The notes beneath the pieces are model-generated. The model saw nothing but the letters and a program-made list of their open reading frames with translations, had not been told where the DNA came from and did not search any database. A DNA stretch of 32,456 nt from positions 1-32,456 of the forward strand of contig CAWBYW010000021.1 in the NCBI GenBank assembly GCA_963792965.1, written 5' to 3'. The stretch comes from an uncultured delta proteobacterium. GTDB taxonomy: Bacteria > Desulfobacterota > Zymogenia > Zymogenales > Zymogenaceae. Numbering within the stretch: the first letter of the stretch is position 1; the number at the start of each line of letters is the position of its first letter. The position numbers were made by a program, and so were the translations under genes. This document shows, piece by piece, positions 17,603 to 26,699 of this stretch.

Positions 17603-18847
17603 TCAGGACGTGAGCTCGCGGACGAATCGCGCCCGCCTCATCGCCAATATCCCGAGGACCATTGCCAGCAGTGTCAGGACGATGTAAAGCACAAAGGCAT
17701 AACTATACGAGCCGGTTGCATCATAAATGTAGCCGGAAAGCGGCATTCCGATTCCCGCGCCGAGCGTCGAGAAGATGTTCATAATCCCGTAGATCAGGGC
17801 ATAATGTTTGAGCCCCACGCAGTCTGCCGTCATCAGGGGAGGCATGACCGTCTGGATCGCGTTGGCAAATCCATAGACCACGCCGAACAGGACGGCGACC
17901 CAGACGAGCTTAGCGCCGAAGAGGATCCCGATGCCGAGCGCCAGCACGATACTGAAGACGATAAAGCCCCGTACCACCCCCTCCTTGTCGCTCAATCTGC
18001 CGAGGACGAGCTTGCCGAGGACTGTCATACCGAGATACACGGCCATAATGTTTGCCGCAAGGGTGGAGCTGTGGCCGAGATCGGTAAGATACGGGATGAG
18101 GTGCTGCTGAATCCCCATATTGAGCGCGTTCAGAAACAGAATCATGCCGGCAAGCATCCAGAACATGGGAAGCTTGATCGACTGTCCGAGGGTGAGGCCT
18201 GGGACCTCGACGACCTTTTTCTCCTCCACGGCGGCCTCCCCGTCGGGCACGAGTCCCATTTGAACGGGCGACCTCCTCATTATCAGGAGCGCTGTCGGGA
18301 TGCAGAAAAGGCCGATGATGACCCCGAGGATTATGTACGTATTCTGCCAGCCGTAGGTGAGCACGAGCCAGTTGGCCACCGGGTTGAATACCAATCCCCC
18401 GAGGCCCGTGGCCGTGAAGACGATCCCCATTGCCATCCCGCGTCTCTTGACAAACCAGTTATTGATCATCATGGAAACCGGGATGATGTGGCTGCCCGCG
18501 TGGCCAATCCCGACCACCACCGCGACAAGGTAGAAATCGAGCAGTGTCGTGCACTGGGAAAAGAGGGCAAACCCCACCGCAAGCAGGGTCGTGGCCACCC
18601 CCATGACAATTCTGACGTCGAACTTCTCCAGGAGCTTTCCGATAAACGGCGCGGCGACCATCATCGAGAGCGCCGAGATCGTAAAATAGAGAGAGAAGGC
18701 GCCACGGGAAAAGCCGAGGGAATCGACGACCGGTTTGAAAAAGACACCGATCGCGTTGATCCCGATGCCTATGCCGATAAAGTGGAGGATGAATCCCCCG
18801 ATAACGATCCACCAACCATAGAAGAATCCCGTCTTTCTGTCTTTCAT
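17603..18847 (-). CDS. MFS transporter (OFA/MCT-like)
   Basis: FFYGWWIV, about 12 hydrophobic segments, GKLLEKFDVR, WFVKRRGMAMGI and GRLSDK. Confidence 0.92.
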   Translation of the reverse strand: MKDRKTGFFYGWWIVIGGFILHFIGIGIGINAIGVFFKPVVDSLGFSRGAFSLYFTISALSMMVAAPFIGKLLEKFDVRIVMGVATTLLAVGFALFSQCTTLLDFYLVAVVVGIGHAGSHIIPVSMMINNWFVKRRGMAMGIVFTATGLGGLVFNPVANWLVLTYGWQNTYIILGVIIGLFCIPTALLIMRRSPVQMGLVPDGEAAVEEKKVVEVPGLTLGQSIKLPMFWMLAGMILFLNALNMGIQQHLIPYLTDLGHSSTLAANIMAVYLGMTVLGKLVLGRLSDKEGVVRGFIVFSIVLALGIGILFGAKLVWVAVLFGVVYGFANAIQTVMPPLMTADCVGLKHYALIYGIMNIFSTLGAGIGMPLSGYIYDATGSYSYAFVLYIVLTLLAMVLGILAMRRARFVRELTS

Positions 18848-19064
18848 CTCAAGGTCCTCCCGGTATCATTACAAGAAACGTAATGATTCAGTTCTTATCA
18901 TGATTCCGATCGGTAATAAAGAGAAAAATCGTCGAGCCACAACGATCACGCCCGACAGGTCAGCGTCCCCCGGCGCAGGAAAGACAAGGACCGGAATGTT
19001 TCACTTATCGGCCCCGACCCGATGGCCGGGCATTCCGAGTCTTCAACTCGTCCGCGTGTAAACC

Positions 19065-19856
19065 TTACCCGTGGACGTAGTCCCCGATTTTTCTGATGCG
19101 GGCCATTTCCTTAGTCGAGAGGGGTCCCCGCTTCATGGCGGTGATTCCCTCTTCTAATTCCTTGCCGCTTGCGGGCCCCATCATGCACAGGTCCACCTGG
19201 GGGCTTGAGAGCACAAATCGGTAGCAGTCCGAGGCGGTAAGGGGTTTTTCTCCGGGCGGCATCTTCTTCGGGTTCAAGAGCTTACCCCAGCAGGTCGCCG
19301 TGTAGGTGGTTATTCCCGGCCGGCTTTTCTTAGAGAGATGAGGGAATATGTCCTGTTCCGCACCGCGGTGGGCCGCGTTGTATCGTATCATGAAGATATC
19401 GATGGGAGAGGCGCTCTCTTGCGCGATCCTGCCAAAGAGTTTCCGGTTATGTCCGGACATGGCCACGAAATGAACCAACCCCTTTTCTTTTAACTCCAAC
19501 ACGTCGCGGATTATCATTCGATTAGGGTACCAGTTGTTCCAGCCAAGGAGCACGACGTCGACGTAGTCGACGCCGAGGCTCTTAAGGCCCTTGTGAACCG
19601 AGCGCTTTACCGTCAGCCCGATATGATCGTACGATTGCAGGACAATGATCATCTTCTCCCGGTTCTTCTTTACCAGGTTGCGCAGGCCCTCCCCCATTCC
19701 CGACCTCCGAGGGCTGCTCCAGTAAAAATAGTTGATATCGTACTCATGAAAGGCCTTTTCGACGGCCGCTGCCTCGACGCCGTAACCGCCTGCGAGTCCC
19801 AGCCTGCTTATGGACAGGCCGGTCCTTCCAAGGATCGTCCTTTTTTTGAAATCCAT
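19065..19856 (-). CDS. Aldo/keto reductase family protein
   Basis: LGRTGLSISRLGL, LKSLGVDYVDVVLLG, KEKGLVHFVAMSGH and RYNAAH. SD AAGGAGG before ATG 19856. Confidence 0.82.
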   Translation of the reverse strand: MDFKKRTILGRTGLSISRLGLAGGYGVEAAAVEKAFHEYDINYFYWSSPRRSGMGEGLRNLVKKNREKMIIVLQSYDHIGLTVKRSVHKGLKSLGVDYVDVVLLGWNNWYPNRMIIRDVLELKEKGLVHFVAMSGHNRKLFGRIAQESASPIDIFMIRYNAAHRGAEQDIFPHLSKKSRPGITTYTATCWGKLLNPKKMPPGEKPLTASDCYRFVLSSPQVDLCMMGPASGKELEEGITAMKRGPLSTKEMARIRKIGDYVHG

Positions 19857-20000
19857 GAATTTATCCTCCTTCGCCGAATATAACTCACCCGGGCTCCCGT
19901 GCCGGCTTCCCACGGCGGGATTTCGCACGATGAACGGCCCGGCAAAGATGAGACCTGCGGGAGCCGGTTGCTATCTTGGATAGCCCTTTCTGATGACTTC

Positions 20001-20348
20001 CTATCTCTCAAGCGGCCTGATTTCCGTATACGTCAGCTCCCCGTTCTCCAGATCCCCGGTTATCGATACCTTGGTATTAAGGAGCTTGTCAAGCTCCGGA
20101 TCACGCTGCCATAATATGCCGTGCTTGATGACATGGATCTCGCTATCGTCCCACAGCTGGAGGTAATAGGCGGGGCCCTCGGACTTCGTTCCGATATTGT
20201 CGAGCTTCGCAAACAGGTAACCGTCATAGGTCTTGGCCTTATACTGCTCGTTTTCCGCGGCGACCAGAGGATGTATTCCGGGGCCGACCAGGGAAAAGGC
20301 CGTAATTGCGATAAGGCAGACAATCACGAGGATTCCTTTGGTTTTCAT
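20001..20348 (-). CDS. Secreted hypothetical protein
   Basis: SD AAGGAGG. N-terminal signal peptide (MKTKGILVIVCLIAITAFSL...VAA) followed by a small beta-rich domain. Confidence 0.7.
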   Translation of the reverse strand: MKTKGILVIVCLIAITAFSLVGPGIHPLVAAENEQYKAKTYDGYLFAKLDNIGTKSEGPAYYLQLWDDSEIHVIKHGILWQRDPELDKLLNTKVSITGDLENGELTYTEIRPLER

Positions 20349-20511
20349 CGTTTCCTCCTTCATTCGATCGTTGACCTTGATTTTATCATCCTAAGGTGAG
20401 AAGCTCCAGCGTATTTATCCGCTCCGGCAGGGTTTTCGCATTTCATAGAGGGGTCTTCAGGCAGGAATTAATTTGAGGGAGGTCGCTGAAGGACCCGGGC
20501 GTACCGCGGGC

Positions 20512-20799
20512 CTACGTGCGCCGCCTTAGGTCTTCCCGGAAATTGAGGGCGACGTAGAGGTTAAAGGCTACTTCGGGGGGAAAAAAGGCCACCCGGTCAC
20601 CGTGCTTTACCGTGTCATCGAAGGCGGCGACCTGTCCGTTTATCATGATCATCCTCACTCTGTCCTTCGGGATGTCCAAAAACGACAGCACGCTCTCGAC
20701 GGACGAGCCTTCCGGGACCTTCGTGTCTATCTCGCCTACCGGACCACATGAAACAAGCTTTCTCAAGGAGGCAAACAACTTAACGGTTATCTCGGCCAT
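20512..20799 (-). CDS. MoaD/ThiS-like beta-grasp protein lacking the C-terminal Gly-Gly
   Basis: ITVKLFASLR...MIMING...VKHGDRVAFFPP followed by EVAFNLYVALNFREDLRRRT. SD GAGG upstream of ATG 20799. Confidence 0.75.
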   Translation of the reverse strand: MAEITVKLFASLRKLVSCGPVGEIDTKVPEGSSVESVLSFLDIPKDRVRMIMINGQVAAFDDTVKHGDRVAFFPPEVAFNLYVALNFREDLRRRT

Positions 20800-20917
20800 A
20801 TTCGGGCTTCCCTCACGTTGCAGTATATGCAACGAAGAGGAAATTTGCACGTTCGGACGATCCGACGGCGTGTTTGCGGCACCTCTCCACGCCGGGGCGA
20901 AGAGAGGCTCCGCCCTT

Positions 20918-21153
20918 TCAGCCCCCGGCGACCGGGGGAAAACGCCGACCCGGTCGTTGTCGGCAAGCTCCGTACCCTCGATCCCGTGGATACCGTTTAC
21001 GAAGATAATCTTCGTAATATCTTCGGGAACCTCAAGTAACGTGAGGATATCCCCCACGGTGCTGCCGTGGGGGATATCCATGATAACAAGTCCCGCCTTT
21101 TCGCGCGGCGCATAATTTCTGAGTCCGGCGAAGAGTCTGACCTGGACCTTCAT
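20918..21153 (-). CDS. MoaD/ThiS family sulfur carrier (frameshift in the C-run near 20935 hides its GG end)
   Basis: MKVQVRLFAGLR...IFVNG...DNDRVGVFP. Adding one C in the homopolymer restores VFPPVAGG-TGA. Confidence 0.82.
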
Positions 21154-21209
21154 AATACGGCGCCTTGACTCTGGGGAGATAGTAAACCGATCCGAGCTCC
21201 CCTTCTATC

Positions 21210-22941
21210 TCAGAAGTTGAAAACCTGATCCAGCTCCGCGTCGGTGACCTCGAACACCTTGTTATGCGGCTTCAACAGCTCCGTTGTGAAGAACTTCGGG
21301 AGGCGGTCGTCGGCACTGGTGAACCCGGCCTTCCTGTTGAACTCCCGTTCCGTCTTAAGGACCGATTTACCGAGCGCGGTCACGTCGTCGGCGGTGAGCT
21401 TGAGGCCGTACTGTGCATTGAGCATCTCGTATATCCCCTCGAATGCCGCAGGGATGTCCAGGACGGCAAAGGCCACGAAGAGACAGAGCCCCGCGGTATC
21501 GACGGCGGCGGTGGCGATCTGAAGATTTCGAGACGTGTCCACTTGTCCTGTCGGCCTCAGCGGATCGACAAAGCCCCCCACCTTCAGGATATTGGGGGCG
21601 ATGGCATATCCCGGCGGTATGGTCGGCTCCCATCGGGGAGGTGGCGTAGGTAACGCCGATGCCCATGACCGGCCTCGGGTCATAGGCCGGAAGCCCCTGG
21701 CCCTTGACCACGGGGACCCGCGTTACATTGTACTCCTTGCCCGTGGCTGCCGCCCCGTTGCCGAGGATCAGGCCCAGCTCCGTCCCCTTCGGGACCTCCT
21801 TGAGCAATTCGATGGCGCCCTTGGCGTCGCCGAATTTCTTGACGCCGCCCTCCATCGCCACGGCCACCGTGTCGCCCCACTCGATGGTGTCCAGGCCGTA
21901 ATCGTCGCAGAGGCGGTCTATCTGCGCGATGGCGTCCAGATCGTCGATCCCGCAGTTGGCGCCGTTGGCCCATATGGTCTCGTACTCCGGCCCCTTCGTG
22001 AGATAGTTGCCGTCCTTATCATTATAGATGCGCGAGCACTGGATCACGCACCCGGGCATGCAGGCGTGGGCGATCTTCCCGCCCCGCTCGAGGATGACGT
22101 CGTGCTGCCGCTCGCCGCTGATTTTCTCCACGCCCTCGAATCTCCCCTCGGAGAAGTTCCGGGTCGGGTATCCGCCGGCCTCGTTGAGGATGTTGGCCAG
22201 GATATTCGTGCCGTACGTGGGAAGCCCCTGGCTGGTCACCGGGTGCGTCTTGAGGGCGTCAAGGAGCTTCTTCGAGGCCTTCTTGAATCCCTCCGGGTCG
22301 ACGGGCTTGGGCAGCTGGCCCCCGGCATCATCGACGACGACGGCCTTGAGCCCCTTGGATCCCATCACGGCGCCCACGCCCCCCCGGCCCATGTGCCTGG
22401 TGGGACGGTTCTCCCGGTCGGTGTTGGCGATGGACGCCGCCTTGAGGAGCATCTCCCCGGCCTGACCGATCGAGACGTAGCCGACCTTTGGCCCATATTT
22501 TGAGGTCAGCTTCGCGATTGTGTCGTAGTTGCCTAATCCCTTCAGGTCGTCGGCCGGCTCCAGCTTTCCCCCGTCCTTGTTCAGGACGAGCTTATAGAGC
22601 TTATTGCCTTTCGGCTTACCCTCTACGACGACGGCCGCGATCCCCATCCTGCCGAACTTGCTGCCGACGACGCCGCCGGCGTTGGCCTCCTTGATGCCGC
22701 CCGTCAGCGGGCTCTTGCACCCCACCGATATGCGTCCGGCGTTCGGCGCAGGAGTGCAGTTTAGGAGGCCGGCGGCGAATACGAGCTTATTATCTCTGCC
22801 GAGCGGATCGCACATCGGCGGCACCTCAGACGCCACGATCGTAGAGGTGAGTCCCCTGCCTCCTAGTCCCTTGTATTTGTCGGGGACCGGCTCCACCTTC
22901 ACGGAAAGGTTGTCCATATTGACTCGGAAGATCTTTTCCAT
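21210..22941 (-). CDS. aor: Aldehyde:ferredoxin oxidoreductase (tungstopterin AOR family), frameshift near 21610
   Basis: GLGGRGL, KSPLTGGIKEANAGG, GRGGVGAVMGSKGLKA, ACMPGCVIQC, GPEYET, CDDYGLDTI, AYDPR, GADH, and a C-terminal EREFNRKAG..DDRLP. Confidence 0.93.
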
Positions 22942-23001
22942 GTCAAACCCCCTGATAAGTTGATAAGCCCAGTGAACAGAGAAGTATCGCGCTTGGGGAA
23001 T

Positions 23002-23059
23002 AAAAAAAGGAAGCAACTACCAACGATCCTCAAGGAGTATCGTCGGTGGTTCTTCCTTT
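23002..23059 (-). terminator. Intrinsic terminator (attenuator) in the aor leader
   Basis: On the minus strand: GGAAG-AAC-C-ACCGACGAT-loop-ATCGTTGGT-A-GTT-G-CTTCC followed by T7, ~60 nt before the aor start. Confidence 0.75.
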
Positions 23060-23141
23060 GCAAACACGGCAGGGTAGCCGATTGCTCCGTTACCCTTATC
23101 GTCCCGGACATCCCAGGAGGATCTCCGGGATCGGAAGAGCC
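23048..23141 (-). ncRNA. Moco/Tuco (molybdenum/tungsten cofactor) riboswitch aptamer, P3-less type
   Basis: Minus strand: P1 GGCUCUUCC/GGAAGAACC, UCCGA junction, P2 UCCCGGA.AUCC/GGAU.UCCGGGA, P4 AGGGUA/UACCCU capped by a GCAA GNRA loop, and 3' CCUGCCGUGUUUGCAAAGG. As I recall it, this matches the Moco RNA 3' consensus CCUCCCGUAUUUGGAAAGG with a compensatory change. It lies upstream of aor and moaD-like genes. Confidence 0.85.
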
Positions 23142-23162
23142 GTTATGAATTAATGTAACTTA

Positions 23163-23191
23163 CCTATATACCAATCATAGACATATGTCAA
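23163..23191 (-). promoter_or_regulatory. Promoter of the riboswitch-aor transcript
   Basis: TTGACA at 23191-23186, with a -10-like TATAGG (17-nt spacer) or TGnTATATA. A GACATATGTC palindrome (23180-23189) overlaps the -35. Confidence 0.5.
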
Positions 23192-23327
23192 CAGCTTTTT
23201 ACGCTTGACCGGCCGCGGTCAACAAACGATCGATGTCGATTTACAGGTCTTCTTTTCCGTCCACACCGGCGGCGTGGCTAATAGTGGATACTCTCCCTCA
23301 ACCTATTAACGGGTGACGGCTGACAGC

Positions 23328-24416
23328 TTATTCAAATTTCAAATCGATCCCGCGATTCTGCGCGCGGGCAAACAGCCACAGGAGGAAGTTTTCCGGCGGC
23401 TTATCCTGCTCGGACTGGGGCCTTCTGACGAGTAGAATCGAATCGGTCGGACACGTCGATGCGCAGACGCCGCACCCGATGCATCGCGAGCCGTCTACCC
23501 GATAGGTGCCGTTCTCTTCGTGAATCGCGCCCACGGGGCACCGCTCATCACCGCACGTACCGCATCCAGAGCAGGTCTCAGGATCTATCCGGGAGACAAA
23601 ATTGCTCCGGGCCAGGAGGTGGGGCGCGTCAAGCTCCCTCATCCCGCGGATGAGGCCGCAGCAGCACGAACAGCAGTTGCAGACGGCGAAATGTCCCGTC
23701 TCGGTGTTATAGAAGGCGTTGTGAATCATGCCCCGTTCTTCGGCAAGCTTAAGGATGCCTTCCGCTTCCTCTCGGGAAATATCCCTCCCCCCGAGCGAGA
23801 AATCCCCCTCGCTTGTCTCTTTTGGCGAAAAAGAAAGGCAGACTTCCAGAGGATCATCGCACGGATGCCCCATAAGGGCTCGCTCCTTCCTGCAGATGCA
23901 CTCATTAACGTGGAACGATTTCGCGTCGACCATCATCTTTTTGACATCCTCGTAGATGAGCACCTCGCCCCTGGCTTCGATTGAGGCATTGACCGGAACG
24001 ACGCGGGCGATAGCCGGCGCAAAGCCGCCGAGGGTCCTGTTGAGCGTGGGCGCATACTCCTCGAAGAGCTCGGCAAGCTCCCTGTCTATCCGGTACATCT
24101 GAAACTCGTAAATGCCGACGACAAACGGCATCAACAGGTAGAACGGCTCACCTCCCCACGTCACGCAGCCTATCTGCCCTTTTTTCGCCATGGCATCGAG
24201 GATTGTCTTCATCTCGGACGCCGGCCTCGAGAGGCGCTCGGCTATCGTCTCCGCATTCTCGGGGATGGGTTTCAGCAGGAGCGCCGTTTCGGCGTCCCCG
24301 GGTGAAAATATCTTCTTAAGGATCTTCAGCTCTACGCCGTCTTCTGTGGGCGGAAAACCGTTTGGCAGCTCATCCAGGCGCTTTGCCAGCCGTTTGTATA
24401 CGTCATTCATCATCAC
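23328..24416 (-). CDS. 4Fe-4S dicluster domain protein (HTH-like N-terminus, Cys-rich centre, 2x[4Fe-4S] ferredoxin C-terminus)
   Basis: CICR...C...EVCL, CNCCSCCC, CSGCGTCGDERCP and CIGCGVCASTCP. Confidence 0.88.
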   Translation of the reverse strand: MMMNDVYKRLAKRLDELPNGFPPTEDGVELKILKKIFSPGDAETALLLKPIPENAETIAERLSRPASEMKTILDAMAKKGQIGCVTWGGEPFYLLMPFVVGIYEFQMYRIDRELAELFEEYAPTLNRTLGGFAPAIARVVPVNASIEARGEVLIYEDVKKMMVDAKSFHVNECICRKERALMGHPCDDPLEVCLSFSPKETSEGDFSLGGRDISREEAEGILKLAEERGMIHNAFYNTETGHFAVCNCCSCCCGLIRGMRELDAPHLLARSNFVSRIDPETCSGCGTCGDERCPVGAIHEENGTYRVDGSRCIGCGVCASTCPTDSILLVRRPQSEQDKPPENFLLWLFARAQNRGIDLKFE

Positions 24417-24595
24417 CGATCTCTCACAAATGGATTGTTATTGCGTGACGAGTCGAGGTCCCCACAATACGCGCACTTTTGTGAGGGCCGGGGCGGCCTC
24501 TCATACAAACGGAAAGGGAATATCATTCGTTCCCCTTTCGCTCAAAGGTCACCTGTCGCTACCTTTTACTCTCGATTAACGTGCTCCAGTGGCTA

Positions 24596-24976
24596 TCATC
24601 TGTTGCCCGTAATTGTCGCCTCCCAATATCCTGCGGTATAAGTCCCGCTCACCCTCGTTCCATCGGACGACAGGTTTCCTCTGTAATCGAGATCACCGCC
24701 TTCACTGCCATACCGTCTCTGCACGTATACCCTGTTGCCGCGGATTTGAATCGTGAGGATCGCCGTGACCCGTGAATCTCCGCAAGTCCAGACCGCATCA
24801 AACACGTTGCTGTCGCCTCTCCGGGTCCAGACGCCATTATAGCAGCCTTCTCTTTCATACCAGACCGTGCCCAGTCTGTACGTCTCCGGGACCAAAACAA
24901 ACGGCCCGATTCCATACACGCAGGATAATAAGAAGATAAGGGACGACATGAAGGAAAGAACGAGTATTTTTTTCAT
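24596..24976 (-). CDS. Hypothetical lipoprotein
   Basis: MKK + hydrophobic stretch + lipobox LLSC, then a Trp/Gly-rich beta-strand domain. Confidence 0.72.
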   Translation of the reverse strand: MKKILVLSFMSSLIFLLSCVYGIGPFVLVPETYRLGTVWYEREGCYNGVWTRRGDSNVFDAVWTCGDSRVTAILTIQIRGNRVYVQRRYGSEGGDLDYRGNLSSDGTRVSGTYTAGYWEATITGNR

Positions 24977-25027
24977 ATGACACCCGCCTCACGTTGGTCG
25001 GCTAACATCGTCTCAAGAGAGGTTATG

Positions 25028-25056
25028 ATGATATCAAATCGGCACATCTCTGTCAA
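25028..25056 (-). promoter_or_regulatory. Sigma70-type promoter of the lipoprotein gene
   Basis: TTGACA-17 nt-TATCAT with an extended TG. Confidence 0.65.
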
Positions 25057-25244
25057 TAGCGCCCAAGGAGGACGGGCTCCACGACAAGATGGTCGTCTCG
25101 GGCCGACCATCCTGAATGAACGCTCATCCGAGATGGCGTGCGTGATCCCCCCGCATATTCGTCACCCTTTTGACTTTCGAGAACGGCGGCAAAGGGGTCG
25201 GGTTGTGGTCCCGGCGGATATGGTCTATATCCCCCTGAGACCAT

Positions 25245-25273
25245 AAAAAGAAAAAAGGGCCTCTTCGGCCCTT
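25245..25273 (-). terminator. Intrinsic terminator after tRNA-His
   Basis: AAGGGCC-GAAGA-GGCCCTT followed by TTTTCTTTT on the minus strand. Confidence 0.8.
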
Positions 25274-25284
25274 GATAGTATGGC

Positions 25285-25361
25285 TGGGGTGGGTAGAGGG
25301 ACTTGAACCCTCGGCCTTCGGGGCCACAACCCGACACTCTAACCACTGAGCTATACCCACC
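25285..25361 (-). tRNA. tRNA-His (GTG)
   Basis: Cloverleaf with G-1, acceptor GTGGGTA/TACCCAC, D arm GCTC/GAGT, anticodon arm TCGGG-TTGTGGC-CCCGA, T arm GAGGG-TTCAAGT-CCCTC, C73 and encoded CCA. Confidence 0.97.
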
Positions 25362-25372
25362 ATAACCTGTAA

Positions 25373-25437
25373 ATACTAATAATTTATCGCCCTTCTGTCA
25401 ACTTAATTTTGACAATCCGATAAAATATGATATATAT
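25373..25437. promoter_or_regulatory. Back-to-back promoters for tRNA-His (-) and hisZ-hisG (+)
   Basis: Minus strand: TTGACA (25401-25396)-17 nt-TAGTAT. Plus strand: TTGACA (25409-25414) followed by TGaTATATA. Confidence 0.6.
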
Positions 25438-25460
25438 CAGGTCTATCTTCGGAGACGTGT

Positions 25461-26699
25461 ATGTACCGCGAGAAACGGGGAAGAGACCTTCTGCCCAAAG
25501 ACATGATGCGGTTTAGGCACGCCGAGCGGATATTCCGCGAAGAGGCGATCCGGTGGGGCTATCAGGAAGTCAGAACCCCGACCATCGAGCCGATATCCCT
25601 CTTTACCGCCGCCGGTACGCTGGACCCGAGGATGCTGGACAACCTCTACTCGTTTCTGGACTGGGACGGCTGGAGCGGCGAGCGGGTCGTGTTGCGCCCG
25701 GACGGAACGATCCCGACCAGCCGCCTCTTTATCGAGAGATTCAAGGACGCGGCCGACCCCGTGCGCCTGTGTTACATCGCCAACATCTTCTCATACGACG
25801 AAGAGGGTACCTCCGAGCACTGGCAGTGCGGGGTGGAGCTCATCGAGGCATATGACGGGAGCCCGGCCGCCTCGGACGCCGAGGTCGTCGCCTTGTCGCT
25901 CTCGGTGCTCGGGAAGATGGGCTTTCCCTCACCGCTTTTGAAGATCGGCTATCCCCCGCTGATCCGTGAGTTCCTCGAGGTCTCGGGGCTCACGCCCGAA
26001 CAAAAGGAGGAAGTGCTTGGGCTCATCCGGGAAAAGGATCGTGAAGAGCTTACGCGCATCGCCACTCACCGGGGAATCGAGAAGCTCACGGGGCTGTTGG
26101 ACCTCACCTCCGGCTCGGTCGACTTCCTAAAGAACGTCAGGGCCTTCCTCCCGAAGTCCGCCGGCATCGAGAGGGCGCTCGCGGATTTCTCCGCTTCGAT
26201 CTCGGCGATCTCGGATACCGGCTTCCCCTTTGAGATCACCTTTGCGCTTCCCCTCAACTTCGAGTACTACACCGGGCTCGTGATGGAAGTCTATCCGGGT
26301 CCCGGGCGGACGACCCGGGAGGAGATCCTCATGTCCGGCGGGCGGTACGACAACCTTGCCGCCATCCTGAGTGGGACGGCTAAATCCGCCCGGGCGGTCG
26401 GTTGCGCCCTCCGGATCGAGCACATCATCAAGAGCGCCGAGTTTCTTTCGACGCTTGCAGCGACCGCGGTGCTGGTCGTCCCCGGTCGTGATATCGTCTT
26501 TGCCCGGCACGCGGTATCGGTCCTCCGCGACCGTGGGCTCATCGCCGAGATCTCCGGCGTCGGGCAGGACCCGAAAAACTTCCGATGGGTGATGACAACA
26601 GAAGGCAAAGCTGCCATCGTCACCGATTCATTCACCGGCAAAGTCATGCGCATCTCACAGGAGAAAATCGGCGATGTCCCCGACCTCATCCGGAGCTGA
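25461..26699 (+). CDS. hisZ: ATP phosphoribosyltransferase regulatory subunit (HisRS paralogue)
   Basis: RGRDLLP, WGYQEVRTPTIE, VVLRPDGTIP, WQCGVELI, EYYTG and SGGRYDNL. Motif-2 and motif-3 Arg residues are degenerate, it precedes hisG genes, and a canonical hisS lies elsewhere in the window. Confidence 0.82.
   Translation: MYREKRGRDLLPKDMMRFRHAERIFREEAIRWGYQEVRTPTIEPISLFTAAGTLDPRMLDNLYSFLDWDGWSGERVVLRPDGTIPTSRLFIERFKDAADPVRLCYIANIFSYDEEGTSEHWQCGVELIEAYDGSPAASDAEVVALSLSVLGKMGFPSPLLKIGYPPLIREFLEVSGLTPEQKEEVLGLIREKDREELTRIATHRGIEKLTGLLDLTSGSVDFLKNVRAFLPKSAGIERALADFSASISAISDTGFPFEITFALPLNFEYYTGLVMEVYPGPGRTTREEILMSGGRYDNLAAILSGTAKSARAVGCALRIEHIIKSAEFLSTLAATAVLVVPGRDIVFARHAVSVLRDRGLIAEISGVGQDPKNFRWVMTTEGKAAIVTDSFTGKVMRISQEKIGDVPDLIRS

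Noticed and set aside
17519-18883. Long antisense ORFs (this 454-aa one, 21535-22503, 10291-11100 and others)
   Set aside because: Shadow ORFs opposite well-supported genes, expected in GC-rich DNA, with no motifs.
20512-21153. Apparent 213-aa tandem MoaD-MoaD fusion in the ORF track
   Set aside because: One extra C in the homopolymer near 20935 gives the canonical VFPPVAGG-stop, and the second domain has its own SD and ATG. These are two genes.
25200-25361. tRNA-His as an integration site for an island
   Set aside because: No integrase, and I saw no duplicated tRNA 3' end elsewhere in the window.
25461-26699. Second histidyl-tRNA synthetase
   Set aside because: The catalytic motif-2/3 residues are degenerate and it sits directly before hisG genes, so HisZ is the better call.
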